This document shows positions 11,701-23,700 of a stretch of DNA of 64,000 nt, piece by piece. The notes below the pieces were generated by a model. The model ran no database searches and had not been told where the DNA came from. It worked only from the letters and a program-made list of their open reading frames with translations. The stretch is from Haliotis rubra (Eukaryota). Location: positions 1,054,001 to 1,118,000 of the forward strand of contig NW_025767368.1 in assembly GCF_003918875.1 (NCBI RefSeq), in the 5' to 3' direction. Position 1 is the first letter of the stretch. Every line of letters starts with the position of its first letter. A program made the translations under genes and the position numbers.

Positions 11701-14700
11701 TATGCCTCCTTAGCAAGTAATATTACCAACTGAGTTGGTGGCATTTCTTAAACAATACGTCAAAATGTTCTCTTGACTGTGTTGGCCATGTGAATTATTG
11801 TTCAATTTAGAAATATATATTTTTGGGTAATATTTAACATTTGTTATTTTCCTGTGTAGAGCTTGTTTCTCTGTCTTTAATTACACATGCTCATGCAGAG
11901 ACCAAACTTACAAACACAATTATCTATCATAAAACACATAATGCTAAGGCTGACTTTGTCAACATGATTTTTTCTTATTGCAAGAATTCTACAAGCTTAT
12001 TTCAGCAAAAAGCTTATTTATATATACATAGAAAATTGTGAAAGGTTAGAAATTATGAAGCATTATATAAGCTTTTACGGATATCACATGCATATCCATT
12101 TCTTCAGATAAATCCTGATGTACTTACCTTGCCATTAATTTGAGTGTAGGTGGTCGGCACAACTTTAACAAAATATTGGAACATCATCTGTTCTGTAAAC
12201 AGAGAGTTTGATTGATTAGGTACTGGCTACTAACCACAAATTATGTCAATAATTTTCATTACATGATTTACTGAAAATATGTGTTTAAGTTTGGAATTTT
12301 CTCTATACAAAGCCTGTCATGCTTTGATGTGACCCACCAATGCCTAATGTGCCAATTATAGATCACGGTGCTTCATTGACGATATTGGTGAGGTAATACT
12401 GTGGAGATAACAGGTGGGAATCTTATAGCAAACGTTTAAGAGGTGTTCCGTAATAAAGCACCATTCAATTTATCCTACATTAACTTTGGCTACAAAAAGT
12501 ATTCAGTGTGTGTGGAATACTGCCTACATACATAATACTACAACCTGCTTGGTGTTTAATGTCTCTCTCAGAAATATTGCTCCAAAATGGTGGGAACCTG
12601 AATGTAATCAAATCTGGTATAGACAATCCATTGTTCGATGTTTTGTTTCCTGTCACGTGAATGTAGTGAGTGGCTTGAGGTACAAAATGGAGTCAATGTG
12701 GAATCACATCTTTGAGGGGTGTAGGCTCTGACAAACAATTGATATCATAATGATTGCATGTTTCAACATTGTAAATGAATTTTGAACTTCATTCATCCGA
12801 TCTCGTACGAACCATTGCTCACACCCTCGCGGATTATTTCACTCGACAATATATCTTGAAATATAAACCAAAACTTAATTGGGGCCAAGCCGGGAGTCGA
12901 ACCCGGGACCTCTCGCACCCGAAGCGAGAATCATACCCCTAGACCACTTGGCCAGCACGCTGACATGAGGACATTGTTATTGACTACATTCAAATTTTGC
13001 TTTCCCGCACTCGACAATGGAATCACAAGGAAAGGTGTTGTTGAAATATGCACAGATGCGTTTCCTTTAAACGATCCCAATGATCAGGAGACTTAACAAT
13101 GTTCAGTAAACGCCATTCGAAGGGCAAAACATGGAAACCGGAAATGACGAAAGTGCTCATGGGATACAAAATGGTTTCCGAAGCTTAACTGCAGGTGCGC
13201 GATGCCTCGGCCACTGTAACTTGTCACAATTCGAAAAGGTACACACATGCAATCATCGTATTGCTATTTTGTGTATGAATCCATCAGGTTTTGGAGTCAG
13301 ACTTTGTTACACTGGGATCCTCTTTATCGCGTCATCTGGTGGTAGTCGTTATTGTCAAATGGGTCAAAAGCAAACACGCAAGGTCAGGCTTCAAATGTTT
13401 TCAATAATCTGTGGAAAGCGCCGCATCCTTGGTAATACAAATTAAACCTCCCTTCGTGTTGACTTAATTAATACGTCATTACCAAATCCCAGATGTCATC
13501 ATTCGTATCAGTTCCATTGGGTTTATCCTTGAGGTGTTCCAGCTCATCGCACGTGCTTAAGTGAACGGATTCTGAGGTTCTACGAACTGGGGCGTTGCAA
13601 ATGGTGTTGTTTTAGATGGCAAATTGTCGCAATCAGTGTCTTGGTTTAAATTAAAAATTACCCCACCTCAACTGATTTCACAAACAAAAGAGCTAATATT
13701 AGCCCATCAGCCTGTTGAGTAAATTTCATACAAAATGATACATCTTTGTACGTCTTTGGTTTCACCTAATTTCAGTTGTATTAGTTTCCACAGGTCATAT
13801 TACCAAATCACAAGTATATTATTGTTATATATTTTTTCAGCTATCATTCCCTGCATTAATTTTTAAATATTAATTGTGAAACAAACTTATGCGTACAAAA
13901 CTTAGAAAAAAAGTGTTGATTGTGTACCATGTATGTCTACAGTGTTTTGTAGGACTAGTTTCATGATTATAAGCAGTAGTAGTAATCAAAGTATTTCATT
14001 ATCATAACTTTATTTCAAGCTGATAAAAATTCATAAAAGTCATTTGAGATGCCCTGTCATATACACCAGTTGTGTGGGATATTGACCGCCAAAACAAATC
14101 AAATCAGGGATTTGTCTTTCACTTATTGGACCGCCTCCGTGGTGTAGTGGTTAGAGCGTCCGCCCGGAGAGCGGAAGGTCGCGGTTACGATCCTGCGACT
14201 GCGTCATACAAAAAGACATTAAAATATGGTACTTGTTGTTCCCTAAATGGCTCTCGGCATTAATGGGTACAAGGACTGGTCGGCTCGGAGTCAGTATAAT
14301 GTGAGGGATATTTATGCTTCACTGCGGCATGGTATCTCAGTGGGCTAGCACTATAAAACCAGCTTTAGTCTGGGCTAATACAAGCAGCCGCATATACACA
14401 TACACACGCATGCATGTCGTCATATCAGCGAAATATTCTCAAGCACGACGTTAAACCCAATCTCACCTCACCTCACCTTATTCTATCACATATCAGTGCA
14501 ATTTGGCACGATTATAGGGATGAACATTTATTGAGATATTTTGTCACTATCTGGAGTTTTGTGAAGTTGGCATTAATATATTTGATCAACAGGAACATTT
14601 ATAACCAGACCATTGTTATTTTTCAGTACTTTCATAGTGTGCATCTGCCCCCCTGATAATGCCAGCTCCACCGCCTAGTAGCTACTCCATGGGGCATGGC

Positions 14701-17700
14701 CCCAGTTGCTGGGACCGGTCAAAATGGGCTTCATGATGGGATTCTGTGTAGGCATGGCATCTGGGGCTCTGTTTGGGGGATTCTCAGCTCTCAGGTGAGT
14801 TGTTTTAACTGGGTAATCGTGGTCATTAGCTGTACAAGAAAACGTTTAAATAGGTTAGCAAGGATCTTGGACCTGAGACGTTTAATAATTTACACTGACT
14901 ATACATTATTGCAGCTTGACAGATATAGTGTAATCATGTAGCAATTTAAGAAAGGTATATTTGCTAATTTTGGCATATAGGGTGATTATAAGTGTGAAAA
15001 AACTTTCCACAGGTTTGAATTAAAGTCTTTTACATTATTTAGTATAATCTAATCAACAGTAACTGGCATTTAAGAAATATTAGTTGGCAGAATAAAAATT
15101 GAACCCTGTTTTTTTACATCTTAAATTTTGGATGTCAGCAAGTTTAGATTATTCATTAGATACAGAACACCTGATTAGGGTTCAGACAGAAATAACATAT
15201 GATGGTATTATGAACAGTTGACCTTGGTCTTTAACATAGTTTGGAACATAGTTAATTAAACCAGGACTTAGTCTCATTGAATCATATCTGTGCAAAAAAG
15301 GTTGGACAATCACCAAAGTTATAGAAGTAGGTCTTGAAATTTGCTTCAGGCTAATAATCATGTTACAAGTTGAACTTGTCTCTCTCATATACAATGTAGA
15401 TGTTGATATATTATCCTGCTGCTACTTAGTTACATTATTGTTGCAGGTACGGAATGCGTGGTCGTGAGTTGGTGCAGCAGGTGGGAAAGACAATGGTACA
15501 GGGAGGAGGGACGTTTGGGACGTTCATGGGAATAGGAACTGGAATCCGGTGTTGACATGAGTGTGTGTTTCGCAGTAGACTTGTTTAAAGAAGCGTGCTT
15601 GAGTTGACGATCACCAAAGCTGACATGTCATGAGTGATGCTCCAGCCAATATGGCCAGTTTTGCACATGAATGCAGCATTTCTATCACGTCATCATTACG
15701 TTATGTGTTTATAAATGTATATGTAATAAAATTGCAAAAATATTTTTGATGCTTTGTTTTCACAGTGTTGATGAAATATATACAAATTGCTTTCTCAGGA
15801 AAAGGAAATATCTAAGCCCATTGGAAGAAAGAACACCTGTAATGAAAATACATTTAATAGAACATATTTAATATACTCCCCTAGAAATGCTTGCCATGCT
15901 TGTAATTGTTTCCTTTCTTGTATTTAAGATGGTATTTGTTTTTGTTAATAACCAAGACGCAGAAGAAAAACAAGAAAAAATTGTGTCCAGGGACACGGAT
16001 GCCCCCGCTGACATTCATAAGACATATAATGATCAATAATTGAACAAAATTCACGAACAAGTTCAAGAAACATCTATGCAACTATGACATGCACACCTTT
16101 CGAGTCTCAATGAAACACTTGTATAAGCTTAATCAATTCTGTTGAGCAGTTTTTGTGGAGAAGTTGATAGACTTCATCCCCTATAACACTATATTCAGAG
16201 AGAAATTCAACAAAATTTATTCAAGTTTAAACGGCATTAAAATTGGAAAAATAAATAAAATCTAAAATTAAAATATGAGATGCACACCTTTAGAGTCCCT
16301 ATAAAGCACATGTGTAATCTAAATGAATTCCATAAAGCAGTTTTTTGAGGAGAAGTGGATAACGTACACCCCCTGTTGTATGGGACGAACTGGATGAATA
16401 GAACCAAATTCAACTAAGTTCAAACATCTGTAGAAGTGACAAAATTAAGAAATTGGATGAACAAGGTATGAGATGCACACCTTTAGAGACCCAATGAAAC
16501 ACACGTAGAAGCTCAATCAATTCTGATGAGCAGCTTTTGTGGAGAAGTGGATAGACTTCACCCCCTACAACACTATATTCAGACAGAAATTCAACAAAAT
16601 TGATCTAAGTTCAAACGGCATTAAAATTGGAAAAATGATGAAACACAAAATCAAAATATGAGCTGCATGCCTTTAGAGTCCCTATAAAGCACATGTGTAA
16701 TCTAAAAGAATTCCATAAAGTAGTTTTGAGGAGATGTGGTGTAATCTAAAAGAATTCCATAAAGTAGTTTTGAGGAGATGTGGATAACGTACACCCTCTG
16801 TATGGGACCTAACTGGCTGAATAGAACAAAATTCAATTAAGTTCAAACATCTGTAAAAGTGACAAAAGTAAGAAATTGCATAAAAAATTATGAAATGCAC
16901 ACCTCTAGAGTCCCTACAAAAGACATGTAGAAGTTCATTCAATTCTGTTGAGCAGTTTTTGTGGAGAAGTGGATAGACTTCATCCCCTATTACACTATCA
17001 TCATAGAGAAATTCAGCAAAATGTACCTAAGTTCAAATGTCTCTAAACTTACAAAAAAAAACAATAAAATAAAAAAACAAAATATGAGATGCACACCATT
17101 AGAGTCCCAAGAAAGCCCATGTATAAGTTCACTGAATTCCACAGAGCGGTTATGGTGGAGAAGTGGATAGAATACATTCCCTGTTTCGTCGGACGACGGA
17201 CGGACGGACACCGAGGGTAACCCTATATGCCCCTGCCATATATGGCGGGGGCATAATAAATGTTGTAATTGAGGAAAATGTCCTTTAAAATAAAATTACA
17301 ACAAATGAAAATAAGCAGTATTCTCAGACTAAAAGAACTTGGGCTAATGGTCAGGACAGAATTCAACAGCTGCTGATAGTTTCTAGAAACTAACATTTAG
17401 AACCCAGAGGGGAAAACTGCCCTATATTCTGGGCTGCGGTCCCCTTGTTCAGCATCACAACACAGTGCTCGATTTAAGAGATGTTAACCTACTTGCACTA
17501 TGTGCAACATAAGATAAAAACCTAGTTGCACCAGCATAATTCTAGTTGCACTGTTTTTATAGCTATGTAATACTGGGTTGCATCAGTACAAGTAACAAAG
17601 CACTAAATCGAGCCCTGCAACAGATAACCCTATACATCAGAATAGTACTAGTCCCTCAGGATAATAACAAGGTTCACACCAGCATGTAGAAGCCTGAAAT

Positions 17701-20700
17701 TTGAACATTTTACCCCCTTGAAAAGCCCCTTATTGCCAGTCATTTGCCTGGCAGTGGAAAAGGCCCTAAATGTAGCAAAATGGGTCAAGTTATGACTTTA
17801 CAGGAAACTAATACACAATAAAATACATTGCAATGGCAGTAGGTGTTAGTTAATATACAATGTAAAAACGGATTTCCTAGTGAGGCGATGACGCTAAGAG
17901 TTATTTCCCCCTGATGGTTGGTCCTCACCTTGTCTATTTTCAACTTCTTATATGTTACATGTGTTTCTATAGTTCGAAAAAATTGTTGATTAGGGCTTGA
18001 AAAGCTCTTAAAAAAGCCTTATAATCTGTATGAGCCCTGAATAACACTGTAAAATCTTGAAAAAGAGACACGTTTTGGTGTCAGTGCGGGGTGATTCATA
18101 GGAATCCTTGCACCAGTATTGGTTGTAACTCTAAACCTGTTTTGTTTGTGTAAGAATTTAAGTCTTTCTTCAAGAATATTAGGAGCCAACTCAACTTTAT
18201 TCTTGTGAAATTTGGCTCCTAATTTAATATGCTGTCTTCTCTACAGGGTTCTTCTTTCACTCCCTCTTCCCTTTCCAGTTACCTAACATGTTAACTTCAT
18301 GCACTTTGTGACTTGAGCATTATATACACAGATGCCCTTTCCAAAATCCTTGCCCTGCAGTTATACTGACTGACTGACTATGGTTTTACGCCGCTTCTAG
18401 CAACAGTCCAAACACCAGAAATGGCTTCACACATTGTACCCATGTGGGGAATCGAACCCGGCCTTCAGCGTGACAACGAACACTTTAACCACTACAAAAG
18501 ACTGGTAGGCCAGCCCAGTGATTGAAGTGTTTGTTTGTCATGCTGATAATGGGTACATGACACTGCTAGGAAACCAACATCACTCAGTACATGACGGTTA
18601 TAAAGCATGGCATGCTGCCATTACTTGCATCCGATGTAAGCACTATGTCTTGAATCTTAGAAGGCAGAACAGACTTACAAACTTTGCCATAATAGTCCAC
18701 AAAGTGGATTTATGAGTGAAAAACTGAGTAAGATTTCAGGCCATTTTAAGCAAAATTCAACTTCATAGTGAACAAGTGTTCGCCACTAATATGGCAATGT
18801 CCCCCGCCACTAAAGAATGGAATATTCATAACATATTTACTACTTTTTATTTTTTCCTCACATACAAGATGCCTGAAATCACTGGTGTCTGCATAATCAC
18901 CCAATGTAGGCTGTCGACATAATTGAAGACATTGGGTGCAATGTTTTATGAGATGTCGCGTTTACATAAGTTTGAAAAGTGGTCAAAGTGTTGTTGTGAC
19001 CTTGAAGATAAGGTCAAGGTCAAATGTAGGCTGTCACCAAATTTGAAGACACTGGGTACAACAGTTCATAAGATAACGCATTTACATAAGTTTGAAAAGT
19101 GGTCAAAGTGTTGTGGTGACCTTGAAAATAAGGTCAAGGTCACCCAAGTCGACTGGTGTCTGCGTAATCCCCAAATGTAGTCTGTCACCAACTTTGAAGA
19201 CATTGGATACAACAGTGTATGAGATGTCATGTTAACAAGAAGACAAAGTCATCAATATCCCCTGCAATGGCAAAATACTCTTCATGATTATGTCTCACGA
19301 AGTTATGATTATGTCAAATATTTAGGTGTGTATATAGAAAAGTGGAAGGAGAGTAATGAAAGGTTTTGAAAGTTCTGCTCCAGAAAGGAGCACTATCACC
19401 AATTTCAGTCTAAGTCAAACTTGTTGCCATGGAAATGACAAAAATATTTTATTCAGAATTCCAAAACTACCAAAAGGCACCAGTACACCACCAGATCTAT
19501 CTATGTGCCAAGTTTGGTGAAGAAATAGAGAACAGTTTTAGAATTCAGCTCGGAAAAGAGCACTACCACAATTTCAGGCTAAGTGACTCTTGTTGCCATG
19601 GAAACGCCATAATTTTTTATTCAGAATTCCAAAACTACCAAAGGCACAAGTACACCACCAGATCTATCTATGTGCCAAGTTTGGTGAAGAAATAGAGAAC
19701 AGTTTTAGAGTTCAGCTCGGAAAAGAGCACTACCACAATTTCAGGCTAAGTCAAACTTGTTGCCATGGAAACGCCAAAATATTTTATTCAGAATTCCAAA
19801 ACTACCAAAAGGCACCAGTACACCACCAGATCTATCTATGTGCCAAGTTTGGTGAAGAAATATTGAACGGTTTTAGAGTTCAGCTCTGGAAAAGAGCACT
19901 ACCACCAATTTCAGTCTAAGTCGAACTTGTTGCCATGGAAACGCCAAAACTATTTTATTCAAATTCCAAAACTACCAAAAGGCACCAGTACACCACCAGA
20001 TCTATCTATGTGCCAAGTTTGGTGAAGAAATAGTGAACAGTTTTAGAGTTCAGCTCGGAAAAAGAGCACTACCACAATTTCAGGCTAAGTCAAACTTGTT
20101 GCCATGGAAACGCCAAAAATATTTTATTCAAATTCCAAAACTACCAAAAGGCACCAGTACACCACCAGATCTATCTATGTGCCAAGTTTGGTGAAGAAAT
20201 AGTGAACAGTTTTAGAGTTCAGCTCCGGAAAAGAGCACTACCACAATTTCAGGCTAAGTCAAACTTGTTGCCATGGAAACGCCAAAATATTTTATTCAGA
20301 ATTCCAAAACTACCAAAAGGCACAAGTACACCACCAGATCTATCTATGTGCCAAGTTTGGTGAAGAAATAGAGAACAGTTTTAGAGTTCAGCTCCGGAAA
20401 AGAGCACTACCACAATTTCAGGCTAAGTCAAACTTGTTGCCATGGAAACGCCAAAAATATTTTATTCAGAATTCCAAAACTACCAAAAGGCACCAGTACA
20501 CCACCAGATCTATCTATGTGCCAAGTTTGGTGAAGAAATATTGAACGGTTTTAGAGTTCAGCTCCGGAAAAGAGCACTACCACCAATTTCAGTCTAAGTC
20601 AAACTTGTTGCCATGGAAACGCCAAAAATATTTTATTCAGAATTCCAAAACTACCAAAAGGCACCAGTACACCACCAGATCTATCTATGTGCCAAGTTTG

Positions 20701-23700
20701 GTGAAGAAATAGTGAACGGTTTTAGAGTTCAGCTCGGGAAAAGAGCACTACCACAATTTCAGGCTAAGTCAAACTTGTTGCCATGGAAACGCCAAAAATA
20801 TTTTATTCAGAATTCCAAAACTACCAAAAGGCACCAGTACACCACCAGATCTATCTATGTGCCAAGTTTGGTGAAGAAATAGTGAACAGTTTTAGAGTTC
20901 AGCTCCGGAAAAGAGCACTACCACAATTTCAGGCTAAGTCAAACTTGTTGCCATGGAAACGCCAAAATATTTTATTCAGAATTCCAAAACTACCAAAGGC
21001 ACAAGTACACCACCAGATCTATCTATGTGCCAAGTTTGGTGAAGAAATAGAGAACAGTTTTAGAGTTCAGCTCGGAAAAGAGCACTACCACAATTTCAGG
21101 CTAAGTCAAACTTGTTGCCATGGAAACGCCAAAATATTTTATTCAGAATTCCAAAACTACCAAAGGCACCAGTAAACCACCAGATCTATCTATGTGCCAA
21201 GTTTGGTGAAGAAATATTGAACAGTTTTAGAGTTCAGCTCTGAAAAGAGCACTACCACCAATTTCAGTCAAAGTCAAACTTGTTGCCCTGGAAACGCCAA
21301 AAATATTTTATTCAAATTCCAAAACTACCAAAAGGCACCAGTACACCACCAGATCTATCTATGTGCCAAGTTTGGTGATGAAATAGTGAACGGTTTTAGA
21401 GTTCTGCTCCGGAAAAGAGCACTACCACCAATTTCAGTCAAAGTCGAACTTGTTGCCATGGAAACGCGCAAAAATATTTAATTCAGAATTCAAAAACTAC
21501 CAAAGGCACCAGTACACCACCAGATCCACGTATGTGCAAAGGTTGGTGAAGAAATATTGAACGGTTTTAGAGTTCTGCTCGGAGAAAAGACAAATGTGCA
21601 CGGACGGATTGGACGCGACGCCGCACGGACAAAGTCCATTTTAATACCCCCGCAAAGCGGCGTTGCGAGGGATAACAACAGTTGGAAAAGCGTTAAAAGT
21701 GTCGTGGTGACCTTGAAGATAAGGTTAAGGTCGCCCAAATAAATTGGTGTCTGCGTAATCCCTCAATGTAGGCTGTCACCAAATTTGAAGACATTGGGTA
21801 TGACAGTTCATGAGATATCGCATTAACAAGAGTTTTAAAAAGCGGTCAAAGTGTCGTAACCTTGAAAATAAGGTCAAGGTCACCAAAATCGACTGGTGTC
21901 TGGGTAATCCCCTAATGTAGGCTGTCACCAAATTTGAAGACATTGGGTACAAGAGTTCATGAGATATCAGCGTTCACAAGAATCAGGAATCAGGACGTCA
22001 CGCCGCTGAAAACATGGTCCCCCCTCCGTTATGCGGCTGGGGACAATTACACAAGAACGGGCTCAAACATTGTGCCCGTGTGTGGAATTACACCCAGGTT
22101 GTCAGCAAGAGCAAATTCATTGACCACAAACTTACTCTACCACAGGGCTACAGATACGGGGTGTACAGGCGTAATGTACACATGAAAATCAATGAAGTAT
22201 GACATAATATAAGATTTCAAGTGTATCATGTACACACATAAATACCTTTGTACACCTAACATATATGAAGTTTAATAGCTGAAGGGTTGTTTAATATTAT
22301 AAATAACAAAGCACATCACCAACTCACTCGCACAAAATCATGTCAGTACTCCTTCAAAATTCTCAGTACACCTCCACTAGCAATTTATAAGTACACTCAC
22401 ACCCCCAAAAGTTATCTGGAGCCCTGCTACCACCAAGGTGATATGATGAAAGGGGAGGTAACACATCTTACCCTCGTTAGCAGCTTCATATGTTGCATCA
22501 AGAGGGTTGATAATTCCAGGATAGTCAATGCCAAAGGACAGGTGGTTGATTTGATGAGAAATGTTGAACTGCAACATATATAACAATGTATAATGTAGGT
22601 GTTAGAGAAACACCAGGTTTTCTCAATATTTCATTAACCAATGTGTCCTCCCACGGAAGATTACCACAGTAATAGGAAGCAATTGTGTGTTCTTTAACTA
22701 CTTTTGAACAGTATATATTTTCCAAGGGCATAAATGCTTAACTGATTGAAAACACATACTTTGACCTTAATACCTAAGTAACTCAACTGCAGTCTCCCTT
22801 AAATGCAACTGCCTCCGTGGTGTAGTGGTTAGAGCGTCCACCCGGAGAGCGGAAGGTTGCGGGTTCGATCCCCGACCGCGTCATACCAAAAGACGTTAAA
22901 ATATGGTACTTGTTGGTCCCTGCCTGGCTTTAATGGGTACATCAAGGACTGGTCGGCTCGGAGTCAGTATAATGTGTCTGAGTGGCATGTTAGCATGGGG
23001 TATTCATGCTTCACTGCGGCATGGTATCTCAGTGGGCTAGCACTATAAAACCAGCTTCAGTCTGGGCTAGTACAAGCAGCCGCACATACACACGCATGCA
23101 CGTCGTCATATGAGCGAAATATTCTCAAGCACGACGTTAAACCCAATTTCACCTCACCCTTAAATGCATCCTTCACATGACAAGCTGTGATTGTTATCCT
23201 GACATAAGGTCTACACTGAGAGCGTGGGTAAGTGAATGTTGTATCATGACTCCACATATGCAATGAATCATCACACCACGAAAATTGGCCAATCCAGAAA
23301 TTCTCAATACTTGAGCTTCAGTTCTTACAACTATCATTGGAATATGTTGGCCTGAATCCCCAATGGGGATCAAGAGAATGAAAAAAGGAGCGAGTTAATG
23401 ATGTCATACTAACTAAAGATGGACAGTGCTTGATTAAATTGATCTCTCTTTCTGCAACAGTGCTGCTGCCCTGACCTCTCTGTCCCTTTCTCTCTTGTGA
23501 AAGTACTTGCCACATTTCACCTGATTCATGCTTATTGGCTCTAGAAATAATAACACTTCCTATGGAGGAGAACATGTTTTAAACTTACCTTCTGTCCACC
23601 AAATGCCTGCAGATCGTGAACTGAAAGTAAACATCAGTTTGTATCATCAGAAATACTCTCAAACACAAACACACGTTTTTATAAGGTGGGGGTATTTTAC

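Larger units (their letters stand above)
18771..22048 (+). mobile_element. Outer Helentron-like non-autonomous element (TGACCTTG-type repeats) interrupted by a second element
   Basis: 5' AACAAG..TGTCCCCCGC and 3' hairpin ending GGGGACA. The same GTGACCTTGAAAATAAGGTCAAGGTCA repeats occur on both sides of the satellite-bearing insert. Confidence 0.65.

Noticed and set aside
19429-21175. Repeated ORFs (e.g. [16 protein letters not shown]...)
   Set aside because: Translations of the 170-bp satellite, with frames broken between units.
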